64,000 nucleotides of DNA from contig JAHCAR010000015.1 in NCBI GenBank assembly GCA_019634795.1, positions 12,798-76,797 on the forward strand. Reading direction: 5' to 3'. Below the pieces are notes generated by a model, which searched no databases, had not been told where the DNA came from, and saw only the letters and a program-made list of their open reading frames with translations. Positions 53,708 through 63,338 of this stretch are shown piece after piece. Position 1 is the stretch's first letter. Each line of letters starts with the position of its first letter. Origin of the DNA: Dokdonella sp. (GTDB lineage: Bacteria > Pseudomonadota > Gammaproteobacteria > Xanthomonadales > Rhodanobacteraceae). The translations under genes and the position numbers were made by a program.

Positions 53708-55225
53708 CTACTGCACTGGAAACGCGTACAGCGACCCCTCGATCGTGGCGACGATGACGCGGTCGCCGTCGCGCACCGGCGATCCGGCGATGCCCCATTG
53801 GTGACCGCCGGTATCGGGGAACGGCCAGCGCGTGAGCAGGCGGCCGGTCTTGCGGTCGAGCGTGCTCAGGCTGGCCAGATGCCTGACGAAATAGGGCGTG
53901 CCGCCGGCCGCTGCGGCGTAGATCCTGTCGCCGACGACCAGCGGCGTACCCCAGCTCCAGCCACGCACGTCGCTGCGCCAGCGCACGTGGCCGTCGGCAG
54001 GATCGATCGCGCTGACCCGGCGCAGGTCCGACGAACCGATGTAGAGCACACCCTCGGCGATCACCGGCGTCGACTCGACCCAGGAGCCCCAGAAATAGAG
54101 CCGCCAGATTTCGGTTCCACTCGCCGCATCGAGCGCGTACAAACCGGCGCCGCGATTGCCTATGTAGATGCGCCCGCCGTCGATCAGGGGCGTCGCGTTG
54201 ACGTCGGCGCGCGTATCGTGGCGCCAGCGTTCGGCACCGGTCTTGCGGTCCAGCGCGTAGACGAAATGATCAGCGCTGCCGAACACGACGCGCTCGCCAT
54301 CGACCGCCGCCGCATTGCGGATCTTGCCGTTGGTGGCGAAACGCCAGCGGCGCTCGCCGCTGCCCGCATCGACCGCGTGCAGACTGCCTTCGCCCGAACC
54401 GACATAGACCGTGCCATCGGCAATAGCCGGCGTCGCGCCCTGCCAATCCCAGTCGAAGACCGATGGGTGCGGGAGTACGCGCGGCACATCGGCATCGCCG
54501 AGATCGTAGCGCCAGACCTGCTTGCCGGTCGCGCGATCGAGCTTGTAGAGGAATCCATTGTCGCAGGCGAAGAACACGGCATCGCCGGCCACGGCGACGC
54601 CGCCGAAAATCGGCCCTCCTGAAGGGAACGTCCACTTGACCTCGCCCTTGGCCAGGTCCACGGCGTTCAGCACGCCGCCGGTACCGCCGATGTAGGCGAC
54701 GCCTTCGAAAATCGCCGGCGTCGCGAACACCTGTCCGCCGAGGCGCGTCTGCCAGAGCGGTCCGGGCCCGGTCGGCACGTCGGGGATCGGCGCCTCGGTC
54801 GGAATTGCATCGACCCGCCTGAGCAGCGCCTTGCTCCTCGGCCCCGGATAGGTACCGGTCAGCGTGTCGCCCTTCAGGGTCAACGCCAGGGCGAAGGATT
54901 CGATGCTGACGCGATCGCCTTCACGGACGATTTCGGAGCTGTCCGCATAGTCGAACACATTGGTGATCGGCTGGGTAAAGCGCATGCGCAGCTTGCCTTC
55001 CGCGTCACGAATGAATTCGAAGCCGACCTCGACGCGCTCGCGGTCGGTGCCGGTCGTGCCCCACCACTTGCCCTCCAGCGGGTCCGGCGCCGCGTTCGTG
55101 GCCCACGCGCCTGATTCCATGCCCATGCACAGGCACAGCGCGAGCAGGGCTCCGGCCCGATTGCAGGCATGCAGCCACGAAGAGCGGCCGAACGTGCGCC
55201 GCTTCGACACCATCCGATTCGCCAT
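53708..55225 (-). CDS. Secreted PQQ-like (BamB-type) beta-propeller repeat protein
   Basis: Repeated YA[LV]DxxTGxxxW motifs; signal peptide ending AWA. Confidence 0.82.
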   Translation of the reverse strand: MANRMVSKRRTFGRSSWLHACNRAGALLALCLCMGMESGAWATNAAPDPLEGKWWGTTGTDRERVEVGFEFIRDAEGKLRMRFTQPITNVFDYADSSEIVREGDRVSIESFALALTLKGDTLTGTYPGPRSKALLRRVDAIPTEAPIPDVPTGPGPLWQTRLGGQVFATPAIFEGVAYIGGTGGVLNAVDLAKGEVKWTFPSGGPIFGGVAVAGDAVFFACDNGFLYKLDRATGKQVWRYDLGDADVPRVLPHPSVFDWDWQGATPAIADGTVYVGSGEGSLHAVDAGSGERRWRFATNGKIRNAAAVDGERVVFGSADHFVYALDRKTGAERWRHDTRADVNATPLIDGGRIYIGNRGAGLYALDAASGTEIWRLYFWGSWVESTPVIAEGVLYIGSSDLRRVSAIDPADGHVRWRSDVRGWSWGTPLVVGDRIYAAAAGGTPYFVRHLASLSTLDRKTGRLLTRWPFPDTGGHQWGIAGSPVRDGDRVIVATIEGSLYAFPVQ

Positions 55226-55528
55226 CTTGCTCTCCCCTTCGCCGGGGCAGCCGCACTTGCGCGCCCCACCGCGCCGATACTCTTCCGTCGTCACAGGGCG
55301 GGCGCGTGCTGGAAGTCAGAGTGCCGGACGACCTATGTGCCGCGCACGCGCGCTCTCTTCACGGCGGTCCCTTGCCGGCATGACGTTCAGCACGCGCAAG
55401 CGCCGCGTGCGAATCGCCTAATTCGCCGAGGTGGCGGCGGCAGGATCGGCACGAGCCCGTGATCCGAATACTCGAGCCTGTCGACTGCCTGCAAGCCCCA
55501 GCAACCAGTGACCGGGAGAAAAGTAGTC

Positions 55529-56512
55529 ATGTGTACCTCCATGCTTGCCCGATTGGTGCTACTGATGCTTTCGACCGCGTATGCGGGAACGGCCTTGGCG
55601 GCAGACACGATCGAGGTCGCCGCCGGCATCAGCCTGCTGCCGGGTCAGTTGCAGGCCGATCAAAGTCCCGATGGCAACAGCCTGGTCATAAGCGGCAAGG
55701 AAGGTGCGGTCGTCGTCGACACCGGGCGCGGCAACGCCCACACCCGCGAACTGATCGACCTCGTCGCCGGGCTCGATGTGCCGCTGGTCGGCGTGATCAA
55801 CAGCCACTGGCACCTCGACCACATCGGTGGCAATGCGCAGTTCCGCGCGCGCTGGCCCGGCCTCCACATCTACGCGCATCCCTCGCTCGATACCGCGCTG
55901 GGCGGATTCCATGCCGACTACCGCAAGCAGCTCGAAACCTACGTGCCGACCCTCGCCGCCGGTTCGCCCGAACGCAAGCGCTACCAGGCCGAACTGGACC
56001 TGCTCGAGCTCGATCGCCAGCTCGCCGAGACCGATCCGGTTCGCGAATCGATGAGCCTCGACCTCGGCGGTCGCATCCTCGAAGTGCATGTCAGCGCGCA
56101 TTCGGTCACCGAGGGCGATCTTTGGGTGTTCGATCCATCGACACGCACCGTGATCGCCGGCGATCTGGTCACCCTGCCCGTGCCGCTGTTCGACTCGGCC
56201 TGCCCGGAAGGCTGGAAGCGCGCGCTCGGCGAATTGTCGGAGGTCCGCTTCGAACGACTGGTGCCGGGCCACGGCGCGCCGATGAAACCGGCGGCATTCG
56301 CGACCTACCGCAAGGCCTTCGACCGGCTGCTCGAATGCGCGGCCGGCGCAGCCGACAGCAAGACCTGCATCGACGGCTGGTTCGCCGATGCGAAACCCCT
56401 GGTGGCGAAATCCGACGAGACCTACGGGCGCACCCTGCTCGCCTATTACATGGACGGCTTCATAAAGCCCGATGCGGCGGGTCGCAAGCGTTGGTGCGGC
56501 AAGGCCGGCTGA
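55529..56512 (+). CDS. Secreted metallo-beta-lactamase-fold hydrolase
   Basis: VVDTG, NSHWHLDHIGGN, AGDL, VPGHG; signal peptide ending ALA. Confidence 0.85.
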   Translation: MCTSMLARLVLLMLSTAYAGTALAADTIEVAAGISLLPGQLQADQSPDGNSLVISGKEGAVVVDTGRGNAHTRELIDLVAGLDVPLVGVINSHWHLDHIGGNAQFRARWPGLHIYAHPSLDTALGGFHADYRKQLETYVPTLAAGSPERKRYQAELDLLELDRQLAETDPVRESMSLDLGGRILEVHVSAHSVTEGDLWVFDPSTRTVIAGDLVTLPVPLFDSACPEGWKRALGELSEVRFERLVPGHGAPMKPAAFATYRKAFDRLLECAAGAADSKTCIDGWFADAKPLVAKSDETYGRTLLAYYMDGFIKPDAAGRKRWCGKAG

Positions 56513-56522
56513 AGCGGCCCGC

Positions 56523-57956
56523 TCAGTTCGCGTCGAATCCGTCGGCAAAAATCGCATCGACGCGCCATTCGTAGGCGCCGAGATCGAATCCAGCTCCCTG
56601 CGGACGCGGCACGCCTTCGATGTCTATAGTCGGCGCCAGCGTGGCGCTGCCGGTATCCACGGCATTCGTCGCGCCCACGAGATGCAGATCGTACGGCGGC
56701 GCCACGAACAGCGTGCCGGCATTCGCATAGGCGAACTCGACATTGTGGTCGCTGACGAGGCTGGTCGCGTCGAGCGAATAGTCGGTAGCCAGGTTGTTGC
56801 GAACGACGATGTTCGAGCTCGGCCGGCCGTCCTTGTGCGCGTGCACCATGATCCACGGCGGGCCGGGTGATTGCCCGTTCATGTCGATCACCGTGTTGTT
56901 GACGATGCGCGAATCGCGCATGCCGTAGAAGCTCATGCCGTGCCAGTGGTCGGTGATCACGACATTGTTCTCGACCACCCAGTCGACGAAGAAGCCGTCG
57001 AAGCAACCGATACCCTGCATGCTGTTGCGCAGCGGATCGTTCGGGTCGGTCGAATTGATGAACACGTTGCCGCGCAGGACCACCCCGGTCACCTCGCCCG
57101 TGCCGACTCCGCCGGCGCCGACCGACCAGCTCTGGAAACCGTCGTCGTGGTTGGCATCGGGCGGATCGCCGACCTTGACGTTCTGCACGCGGTTGTATTC
57201 GAACAGTCCGCGATCGCCGAGTCCGCGCAGGCCATCCGCGGAAAATCCGTCGATGAGGTTGCGCCGCACGCTTGCATCGGCACCGCCGACGCTGATGCCG
57301 AAGCGCAGGTTGCGCAGGCGGTTGTCGTGCACGCTGATGTGCGCGGCGCCGATGTCGATGCCGCTCGAAGGGCGGTCGATCCAGTCCTGCGCGTTCCACG
57401 ACGACGCATCGGCGACGCTGAACAGCTCACTGTCGGCCAGCTCGATGTCCGAGGTCGGGCCGAAGAAGTTGTGGTCGTTGATGCGCACCATCGTGGTCGG
57501 GGTATTCACCGCCGCATGCGAAGGACTGATCGAGAGGCCGCGCAACACCCAGTTCTGCGCCGATTGCACGAGCAGGCTGCGCAGCCGCGGGGTCTGCCCG
57601 GCCTGCGCGGCGATCGTGATCGGCGCCGTGTTGTAGAGATGCTGGACGACGACGTCGCCGTAGTAGCCGTCGCGCAGCCAGAGCGTGTCGCCGGCCTTGA
57701 CCGGCGCACCGGCGTTCACCGTAACCAGGGACATGCCGGCCGTGTACGGATACGACGGCCAGTCGCGCGACTCGATGCGTCCGTTGTCGAGCACGCTCTG
57801 CAGCGATCGCCACGGCGCCGAGGCGCTGCCGTCGCCGGCTTCGCTGCCGTTGACCGGATCGATGTAGAACGAAGCTGCCGCCGCAGGCAGGGCCAGGCCG
57901 TACAAGCCGAAAGCCAGCCAGAAGGAACGGAAGCTTCGCACCTCGCGGATGGTCAT
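56523..57956 (-). CDS. Secreted right-handed beta-helix protein with choice-of-anchor-Q-like tail and terminal DAIFADGFD motif
   Basis: FYIDPVNGS..GDGS..PW, HDDGFQ, parallel beta-helix repeats, AVDTG..PRPQG..DLGAYE. Confidence 0.8.
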   Translation of the reverse strand: MTIREVRSFRSFWLAFGLYGLALPAAAASFYIDPVNGSEAGDGSASAPWRSLQSVLDNGRIESRDWPSYPYTAGMSLVTVNAGAPVKAGDTLWLRDGYYGDVVVQHLYNTAPITIAAQAGQTPRLRSLLVQSAQNWVLRGLSISPSHAAVNTPTTMVRINDHNFFGPTSDIELADSELFSVADASSWNAQDWIDRPSSGIDIGAAHISVHDNRLRNLRFGISVGGADASVRRNLIDGFSADGLRGLGDRGLFEYNRVQNVKVGDPPDANHDDGFQSWSVGAGGVGTGEVTGVVLRGNVFINSTDPNDPLRNSMQGIGCFDGFFVDWVVENNVVITDHWHGMSFYGMRDSRIVNNTVIDMNGQSPGPPWIMVHAHKDGRPSSNIVVRNNLATDYSLDATSLVSDHNVEFAYANAGTLFVAPPYDLHLVGATNAVDTGSATLAPTIDIEGVPRPQGAGFDLGAYEWRVDAIFADGFDAN

Positions 57957-58193
57957 GCGCTCGCTCCGTGTCGGTCCGGCCCTGCATTCAAGCATCGCCG
58001 GCAGTCCGGAACCTTGACCGATGTCGCGTTGCCGGTAGCCGGTGCTGTTTCGGCGGAGGGGCACGGCACATCCGATCTCACGCTGTCCTGCGAATGATGC
58101 GCCAGGCCGTGCTCGCGCGCGCCGAAGGCCCAGCCGCTTGATTGCCGGCGATGGCCCCCAATCTTGGGCGGGACAATATCAGGAGTCGTTGCC

Positions 58194-58856
58194 ATGACCC
58201 GCTCCACCGCGCCAGCCGCGCTGAGGATCGACTTCGTTTCCGACGTCTCGTGCCCGTGGTGCGCGATCGGGCTCAAGTCGCTCGAACAGGCGATCGGCCG
58301 CGTCGCCGACAGCGTCGAAGTCGACCTGCATTTCCAGCCGTTCGAGCTCAATCCGCAAATGCCCCCGCAAGGCCAGGACATCGCCGAGCACCTGCAGCAG
58401 AAATACGGTTCGACGCCGGGGCAGCTGGCCGCCAACCGCGAGGCGATCCGCGCCCGCGGCGCCGCGCTCGGCTTCACCTTCAACCAGCGCGATCGCATCT
58501 ACAACACCTTCGACGCGCATCGCCTGCTGCACTGGGCCGCGCTCGAAAGCGGCGAACGCGAGCTCGCCCTCAAGCAGGCGCTGTTGCGCGCCTATTTCAC
58601 CGAGGGTCTGGACATCTCGGCGCACGCCAACCTCGTCCGCATCGCGGCCGAGGCCGGGCTCGAAGGTAATCGCGCGCAGGCCATCCTCGACAGCGGCGAA
58701 TATGCCGAAGAGGTGCGCACGCAGGAACAGCGCTACCTCGATGCCGGCATCCATGCCGTCCCTGCCGTCATCATCAATGACCGGCACCTGATCTCGGGCG
58801 GACAAGCGCCCGAAGTCTTCGAGAACGCGCTGCGCCAGATCGCCGCCGCGGGCTGA
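58194..58856 (+). CDS. DsbA family oxidoreductase (FrnE-like)
   Basis: SDVSCPWCAIG, PFELNP, NTFDAHRL, GIHAVP, GGQ. Confidence 0.9.
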   Translation: MTRSTAPAALRIDFVSDVSCPWCAIGLKSLEQAIGRVADSVEVDLHFQPFELNPQMPPQGQDIAEHLQQKYGSTPGQLAANREAIRARGAALGFTFNQRDRIYNTFDAHRLLHWAALESGERELALKQALLRAYFTEGLDISAHANLVRIAAEAGLEGNRAQAILDSGEYAEEVRTQEQRYLDAGIHAVPAVIINDRHLISGGQAPEVFENALRQIAAAG

Positions 58857-58868
58857 ATCCGGCGCAAC

Positions 58869-58897
58869 AAAAAGCCCGGCGCGATGGCCGGGCTTTT
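58869..58897. terminator. Bidirectional rho-independent terminator
   Basis: AAAAGCCCGGC-GCGATG-GCCGGGCTTTT between convergent genes. Confidence 0.85.
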
Positions 58898-58911
58898 CGG
58901 CAAGGGCCGGC

Positions 58912-60411
58912 TTAGTCGCCCTTGTCTTCCGATTCTGCAGGCTTGGTTTCGGGCGGACGCTCGAGCAGCGGCGGCGCGCCGCGTGCGGCGGCGGCCTCTT
59001 CCGGCGTGGCCCGGCGCGCCGGCAGCATCTGCCCCGCCGGGATACCACTTTCATTCCATGCGAAACGCAGGTTGCTGCGGAAGATGCGCACCGGCTGCAG
59101 GTTCTTTTCGTCCTTGAGGTCGCCGTACTGCCCGTACATGCCCTTCTGGCTGTTGGCGATGAAGTACAACTCGTCGCCGGCAACCGTGCCGTAGGTCGGC
59201 AGGAAGAAGGCCGGATTGGCCACGTCCAGCGGCATCATGCGGGTCACGCTCTTGCCGTCCTTGGACAGCGACAGGCGGATCACGCGCTTCGGCGAGATGC
59301 CGTTCTCGATCGCGACCAGGGTGCCGTCGTACATGTACAGGCCCTCGATGCCGCCGAGCACCACGCGGGCCGGATCGTGCTTGAGGGTGAAGCCGGTACC
59401 TTCCTTGAGGTCGGCGCCGAAGATGCCGAGGCCGTAGTCGGCGAAATACAGGATGTTGCCGTCGTCGCTGACCGCCAGGCCGCGAATGCTGGTCAACTTC
59501 GGGTTGGCCACGACCAGCTTGAGCTGGTCGTTGTCGATCGTGTAGATCTCCTTGCGCACGCCATCGGCCGCATAGACCTTGCCGTTCTTGCCCACCGTGA
59601 TGCTGGACAGGCTGCGCGTGCCCTGGTCGGTGGGCAACAGGTACTTGCGCAGCAGCTTGCCGGTCGACAGCTTGAACTTGAAGATGCCGGTCTTGTTGAA
59701 GTCTTCCTGGCGGAAACCCTTGAAATACAGCGCCGAGGTCGTGTTGACGTAGAGCAGGTCGCGCTCGGCATCGACAGCCATCGCGTAGACGCTCCAGAGG
59801 CCGCTGCCGTCAGCCGGGGTGATGAACTCCTTGAGCTTGCCGTTCTTGTCGGCCAGATAGATCTTGCCCTCGCGGACGCTGCCGACGAGGAACTTGCCGC
59901 GCTTGGGATCCCAGGCGATCGATTCGAACAGGGTGTCGCCCTTGGGCAGTTCGAAGGCGATCTTGCCCTCACCGAACGGCTTGAGGTTGGACTTGAGGTT
60001 GTCGACCACATAGGTCCAGGCCTCGGTGCCGCGGACCTTGTCGAAGCGCGGATCGTCGCTCAAGTCGACGCCATAACCCTGCTCCTTCATCTTCAGCAGC
60101 AGGTCGTAGGTCTTGGACTTGTCACCGAGATTGGCGTAGGTCAGGGCCAGGGCCATGCGCAGGTCGCCCGAATCGGGGTTCAACTCGCTGAGGCGGGCCA
60201 GGGTCCAGGCCAGGCGCTGCTGGTCGCCGATGCGCTCGTAACCGGCCACCATGCGATGCAGGACAGCCGGCGATGTGATGGCATTGACCTCCGCCTCGGT
60301 GAAGGTCCTGGCATCTCGCTTGCCCTGCATGTCCGCTGCCGGCGCGTCGGCCAGAACCATCGGCGCAGCCAGCAACAATGCGAGGCAACACAGCAATCGC
60401 TTGATATTCAT
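58912..60411 (-). CDS. Secreted protein: short TPR-like region plus SMP-30/gluconolactonase-like beta-propeller
   Basis: Signal peptide VLA-D; ESIAWD..FLVGSV, LYFADY, GIEGL, AIENG. Confidence 0.7.
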   Translation of the reverse strand: MNIKRLLCCLALLLAAPMVLADAPAADMQGKRDARTFTEAEVNAITSPAVLHRMVAGYERIGDQQRLAWTLARLSELNPDSGDLRMALALTYANLGDKSKTYDLLLKMKEQGYGVDLSDDPRFDKVRGTEAWTYVVDNLKSNLKPFGEGKIAFELPKGDTLFESIAWDPKRGKFLVGSVREGKIYLADKNGKLKEFITPADGSGLWSVYAMAVDAERDLLYVNTTSALYFKGFRQEDFNKTGIFKFKLSTGKLLRKYLLPTDQGTRSLSSITVGKNGKVYAADGVRKEIYTIDNDQLKLVVANPKLTSIRGLAVSDDGNILYFADYGLGIFGADLKEGTGFTLKHDPARVVLGGIEGLYMYDGTLVAIENGISPKRVIRLSLSKDGKSVTRMMPLDVANPAFFLPTYGTVAGDELYFIANSQKGMYGQYGDLKDEKNLQPVRIFRSNLRFAWNESGIPAGQMLPARRATPEEAAAARGAPPLLERPPETKPAESEDKGD

Positions 60412-60477
60412 CGGTACAACCTTGGATGCTAGCGGGATATGAGGCGGTGCAGACCACGCCGCGCCCGCGAAAGTTTC

Positions 60478-61038
60478 ATGGAGCCGATAACGATGACCGA
60501 AACCGTCACGCTTTGCAATGGAACCTGGCTACGCCTGAAACGGCGCGGGCGCTGGGAATATGCCGAACGCACCAACCCGGGCGGCGGAGTCATGATCATC
60601 GCTGTGACGGCCGAGGACAAGGTCTTGTTTGTCGAGCAGTTTCGGCCCGCACTCGACTGCATGACGATCGAGATGCCGGCCGGCCTGGTCGGCGACAACC
60701 CCGAATCGGCCAGCGAAGGCGCGGTCGAGGCTGCGCGCCGCGAACTGATCGAGGAAACCGGCTACCAAGCGGCCGAAATCGAGTTCATCATGGCCGGCCC
60801 GACCTCGGCCGGCATGAGTAACGAGATCCTCGCCTTCGTCAGGGCCCGCAACCTGACCCGCGTGCACGCCGGCGGCGGCGACGAAACCGAGGACATCACC
60901 CTGCACGAAGTCCCGCGCACCAAAGCGGCCCAATGGCTGGTGCGCAAGATGGCCGATGGCTATTCGGTCGACCCGAAGATGTTCGCCGGCATGTATTTCC
61001 TCGAACATGAAAACATCATGCGCGGCGAGGCCGAGTAG
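60478..61038 (+). CDS. NUDIX hydrolase (ADP-ribose pyrophosphatase-like)
   Basis: EMPAGLVGD...AARRELIEETGY Nudix box. Confidence 0.88.
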   Translation: MEPITMTETVTLCNGTWLRLKRRGRWEYAERTNPGGGVMIIAVTAEDKVLFVEQFRPALDCMTIEMPAGLVGDNPESASEGAVEAARRELIEETGYQAAEIEFIMAGPTSAGMSNEILAFVRARNLTRVHAGGGDETEDITLHEVPRTKAAQWLVRKMADGYSVDPKMFAGMYFLEHENIMRGEAE

Positions 61039-61099
61039 GCGTGGCGAGGCCACCTGGGCGCGGCGAGTTGCGGGCCTTGGCGCGAATGCGCCTGCGAAT

Positions 61100-61629
61100 G
61101 GGTGGCGCGGGTTTCGATGGCGGGCGGCGCGTTACCGCTTCGTTGTAGGTTGGCGGTGAGCGTAACGAACCCCAACGTCGTCATGCTGGCTCATCGAGTG
61201 CGGGCGGTTGTTGGGGTGCGCTTGCGCTTATCCCAACCTACGGGTCTTGTGTTCCTTTGCCGGGAGCGGCTTTGGCCGCGGTGCCCTTCCCGCTACATGG
61301 CGCAAAGCATCGCGCCTGAAGGCGCTCCTACGACAAGCGTTACGCATCCAAGATGCGTTGCGTACCCAAGAGCATCACGCATCCAGGAGCATTACGCATG
61401 CACGCTCGTTGCGGACGGGTAGCGCGGGTTTCGGTGGCGGGCGACGCGTTCCCGCTTCGTTGCAGGAAGCGGCTTTAGCCGCGATGCTCTTCCTGCACGG
61501 TGGCGTAAAGCATCGCGCCTGAAGGCGCTCCTACGACGAGGGTTACGCATCCAAGAGCGTTACGCATGGAAGAACTTTGCGAATGGGTGGCGCGGGTTTC
61601 GATGGCGGGCGGCGCGTTGCCGCTTTGTT
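61100..61629. repeat. Composite REP mosaic (two REP families, a 45-bp module x3, a 17-bp minisatellite)
   Basis: Module copies at 61100, 61417, 61585; REP pair 61145/61241; GCATCGCGCCTGAAGGCGCTCCTAC x2; (A/G)GAGCGTTACGCATCCA-like repeats. Confidence 0.8.
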
Positions 61630-61643
61630 GTTGATGCCGGCGG

Positions 61644-62039
61644 TCAGACTGTCAGGCGCAGCACGAACTGCCAGATCAGCAGGGCCGCCATGCAGCCCAG
61701 CACGGTCAGGGTCAGGATCATGCCGCCGACCCGGCCGAAGCTCGGACCCGAGCTGCGCGACAGACCGACCGCATGCATCACGCGCCCGACCAGCAGGGCG
61801 ATGCCGAAGCTGTGCACGAGCAGCGGCTGGGTCTGGTTCATCTCGACGAGCAGCAGCAGGATCAGGCCGATCGACAGGTATTCGATCGCATTGCCATGGG
61901 CACGCACGCAAAGGGCCAGTTCCTTGTCGCCGCCATCTCCGATACCGATCCGCACGCTCCGGCGTCGCGCGATGACGCGGGCAGAAAGGATGATGATGAG
62001 CGCCGCGGCCAGTGCCGCATAGATTCCAGTGATGTGCAT
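61644..62039 (-). CDS. MAPEG family protein (YecN-like)
   Basis: GIGDGG, RAHGNAIEY, GRVMHAVG. Confidence 0.88.
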   Translation of the reverse strand: MHITGIYAALAAALIIILSARVIARRRSVRIGIGDGGDKELALCVRAHGNAIEYLSIGLILLLLVEMNQTQPLLVHSFGIALLVGRVMHAVGLSRSSGPSFGRVGGMILTLTVLGCMAALLIWQFVLRLTV

Positions 62040-62048
62040 GCCTGCTTC

Positions 62049-62753
62049 CTACATTGGATTCTTCGGCTCCGCGGCGACGAGCCGATCGGAGCGCTGGACT
62101 CCGGTCAGGGTCGTCGTAGCAGACGGAATGATCGCATAGCGGATGCGCAGGTCACCCACCACGGGATTGAGCGGATCGTTGCCGAGGTAGATATGCCCGT
62201 CGATCGCACTGGCGCTCGCGGCAAGATTGGCCGGCAACTCCTCGAGGCGCAGCGGCCGTGCCACCGGCTCGACCTGGGCCAGGATCAGCTCGAGATCGGG
62301 CCGGAAGGCACCAACGTGGATACCCTCGCCATCGAAGCGCGTCGACTCGAACGGAAAAGCCGGCGGATTTTCATGGCCTTCCTGCGCGTGGAAGGCCGAG
62401 GCGTCGATCAGGGTCTCCGACCATGCCGGTGACTGCACGCACGAGGTGTCGACGCAGGCCTCCCGCCACTGGTACATCTCGACGTGGCGGATCAGGACGA
62501 CCGCATCATTCGCTTCGACGCCCAGTTGCGCGTCGGTCGGTGCCTGCGCCGACTCGAGTCGGCCCTGCACGCTGACCAGGCGCCCCTCGTTGAGCGGATC
62601 GACCGATGCCGCCGGCACCGAAATGGCGACTTCGGGAGCTGCGGGTGGCTGCAGGAAACCGCGCCAGCCGCCCAAGCGGTCAACGGCGAACACGGCCAGC
62701 AGCAACAGCAGCACGGCGCAGACGACGATGGCGTTCTGGCGGATTCGCTTCAA
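62049..62753 (-). CDS. TMEM43/DUF1625-like protein (N-terminal TM plus soluble domain)
   Basis: NEGRLVSVQG, RHVEMYQWRE, GHENP, P.VGDLRIRY. Confidence 0.75.
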   Translation of the reverse strand: MKRIRQNAIVVCAVLLLLLAVFAVDRLGGWRGFLQPPAAPEVAISVPAASVDPLNEGRLVSVQGRLESAQAPTDAQLGVEANDAVVLIRHVEMYQWREACVDTSCVQSPAWSETLIDASAFHAQEGHENPPAFPFESTRFDGEGIHVGAFRPDLELILAQVEPVARPLRLEELPANLAASASAIDGHIYLGNDPLNPVVGDLRIRYAIIPSATTTLTGVQRSDRLVAAEPKNPM

Positions 62754-62794
62754 TCAGGCGGCCTCGTGGGTCGAGTCGGATTCGGCTCCGGCAC

Positions 62795-63283
62795 TCAGGC
62801 CGACTTCGGGATCAGCACCGAAACCGCATCGATCTGCAGCTCGGTCGAACGGACCTGGCTGGCGCCGTCCTTCTTCAGGTGCTCGAGCTCCTTGTCACCG
62901 AGCATCTTCACCGTGAGCGTGCCGTAGACCACCGCCGGGCCTTTCGAGTCCTTGGGCACGCCGAAGGCGTGGTCATGCATGGTCACGCGCGCGAACGTGT
63001 CGTTCTCGCCGCTCAGCACCACCCAGCAACCCTGCTTCTGGCAGACCTCGGTGATGCGCCCGCTGAACGCAGCCGGCTTGCCGGCATGTTCGGCGAGGTC
63101 GGCGGCCGCCGTATCGATGCTGACCGCCGCCGGCATCGGCGACGGCAGGCGTTCGCCGTAGACGGCACCGGCCTCGGTCTGCTCGACCGGCGCCGTGGCG
63201 AAGGCCTTTTCCTTCTCCCCGGCCTCTTCGTGGGCGATGGCGCCGCTGCTGGCCAGCAGGAAGATCAGAATCGCTGCACGCAT
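62795..63283 (-). CDS. DUF4920-like secreted protein
   Basis: Signal peptide; GRITEVCQKQGCW, FGVPKD, HL.KD. Confidence 0.75.
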   Translation of the reverse strand: MRAAILIFLLASSGAIAHEEAGEKEKAFATAPVEQTEAGAVYGERLPSPMPAAVSIDTAAADLAEHAGKPAAFSGRITEVCQKQGCWVVLSGENDTFARVTMHDHAFGVPKDSKGPAVVYGTLTVKMLGDKELEHLKKDGASQVRSTELQIDAVSVLIPKSA

Positions 63284-63300
63284 GGAAAACTCCTCTCGTT

Positions 63301-63338
63301 GGTTCGTCGACCGCTCAGGGGTTCGTCGACCGCTCAGG
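63301..63338. repeat. Perfect 19-bp tandem duplication
   Basis: GGTTCGTCGACCGCTCAGG twice (63301-63319, 63320-63338). Confidence 0.85.

Noticed and set aside
39900-58000. Accessory stretch as a discrete genomic island
   Set aside because: No integrase, tRNA or att repeats, and no obvious GC shift by eye; it looks like piecemeal gene gain and loss.
61335-61402. 17-bp repeats as a mini-CRISPR or iterons
   Set aside because: They are directly abutting and degenerate, with no spacers and no rep gene nearby.
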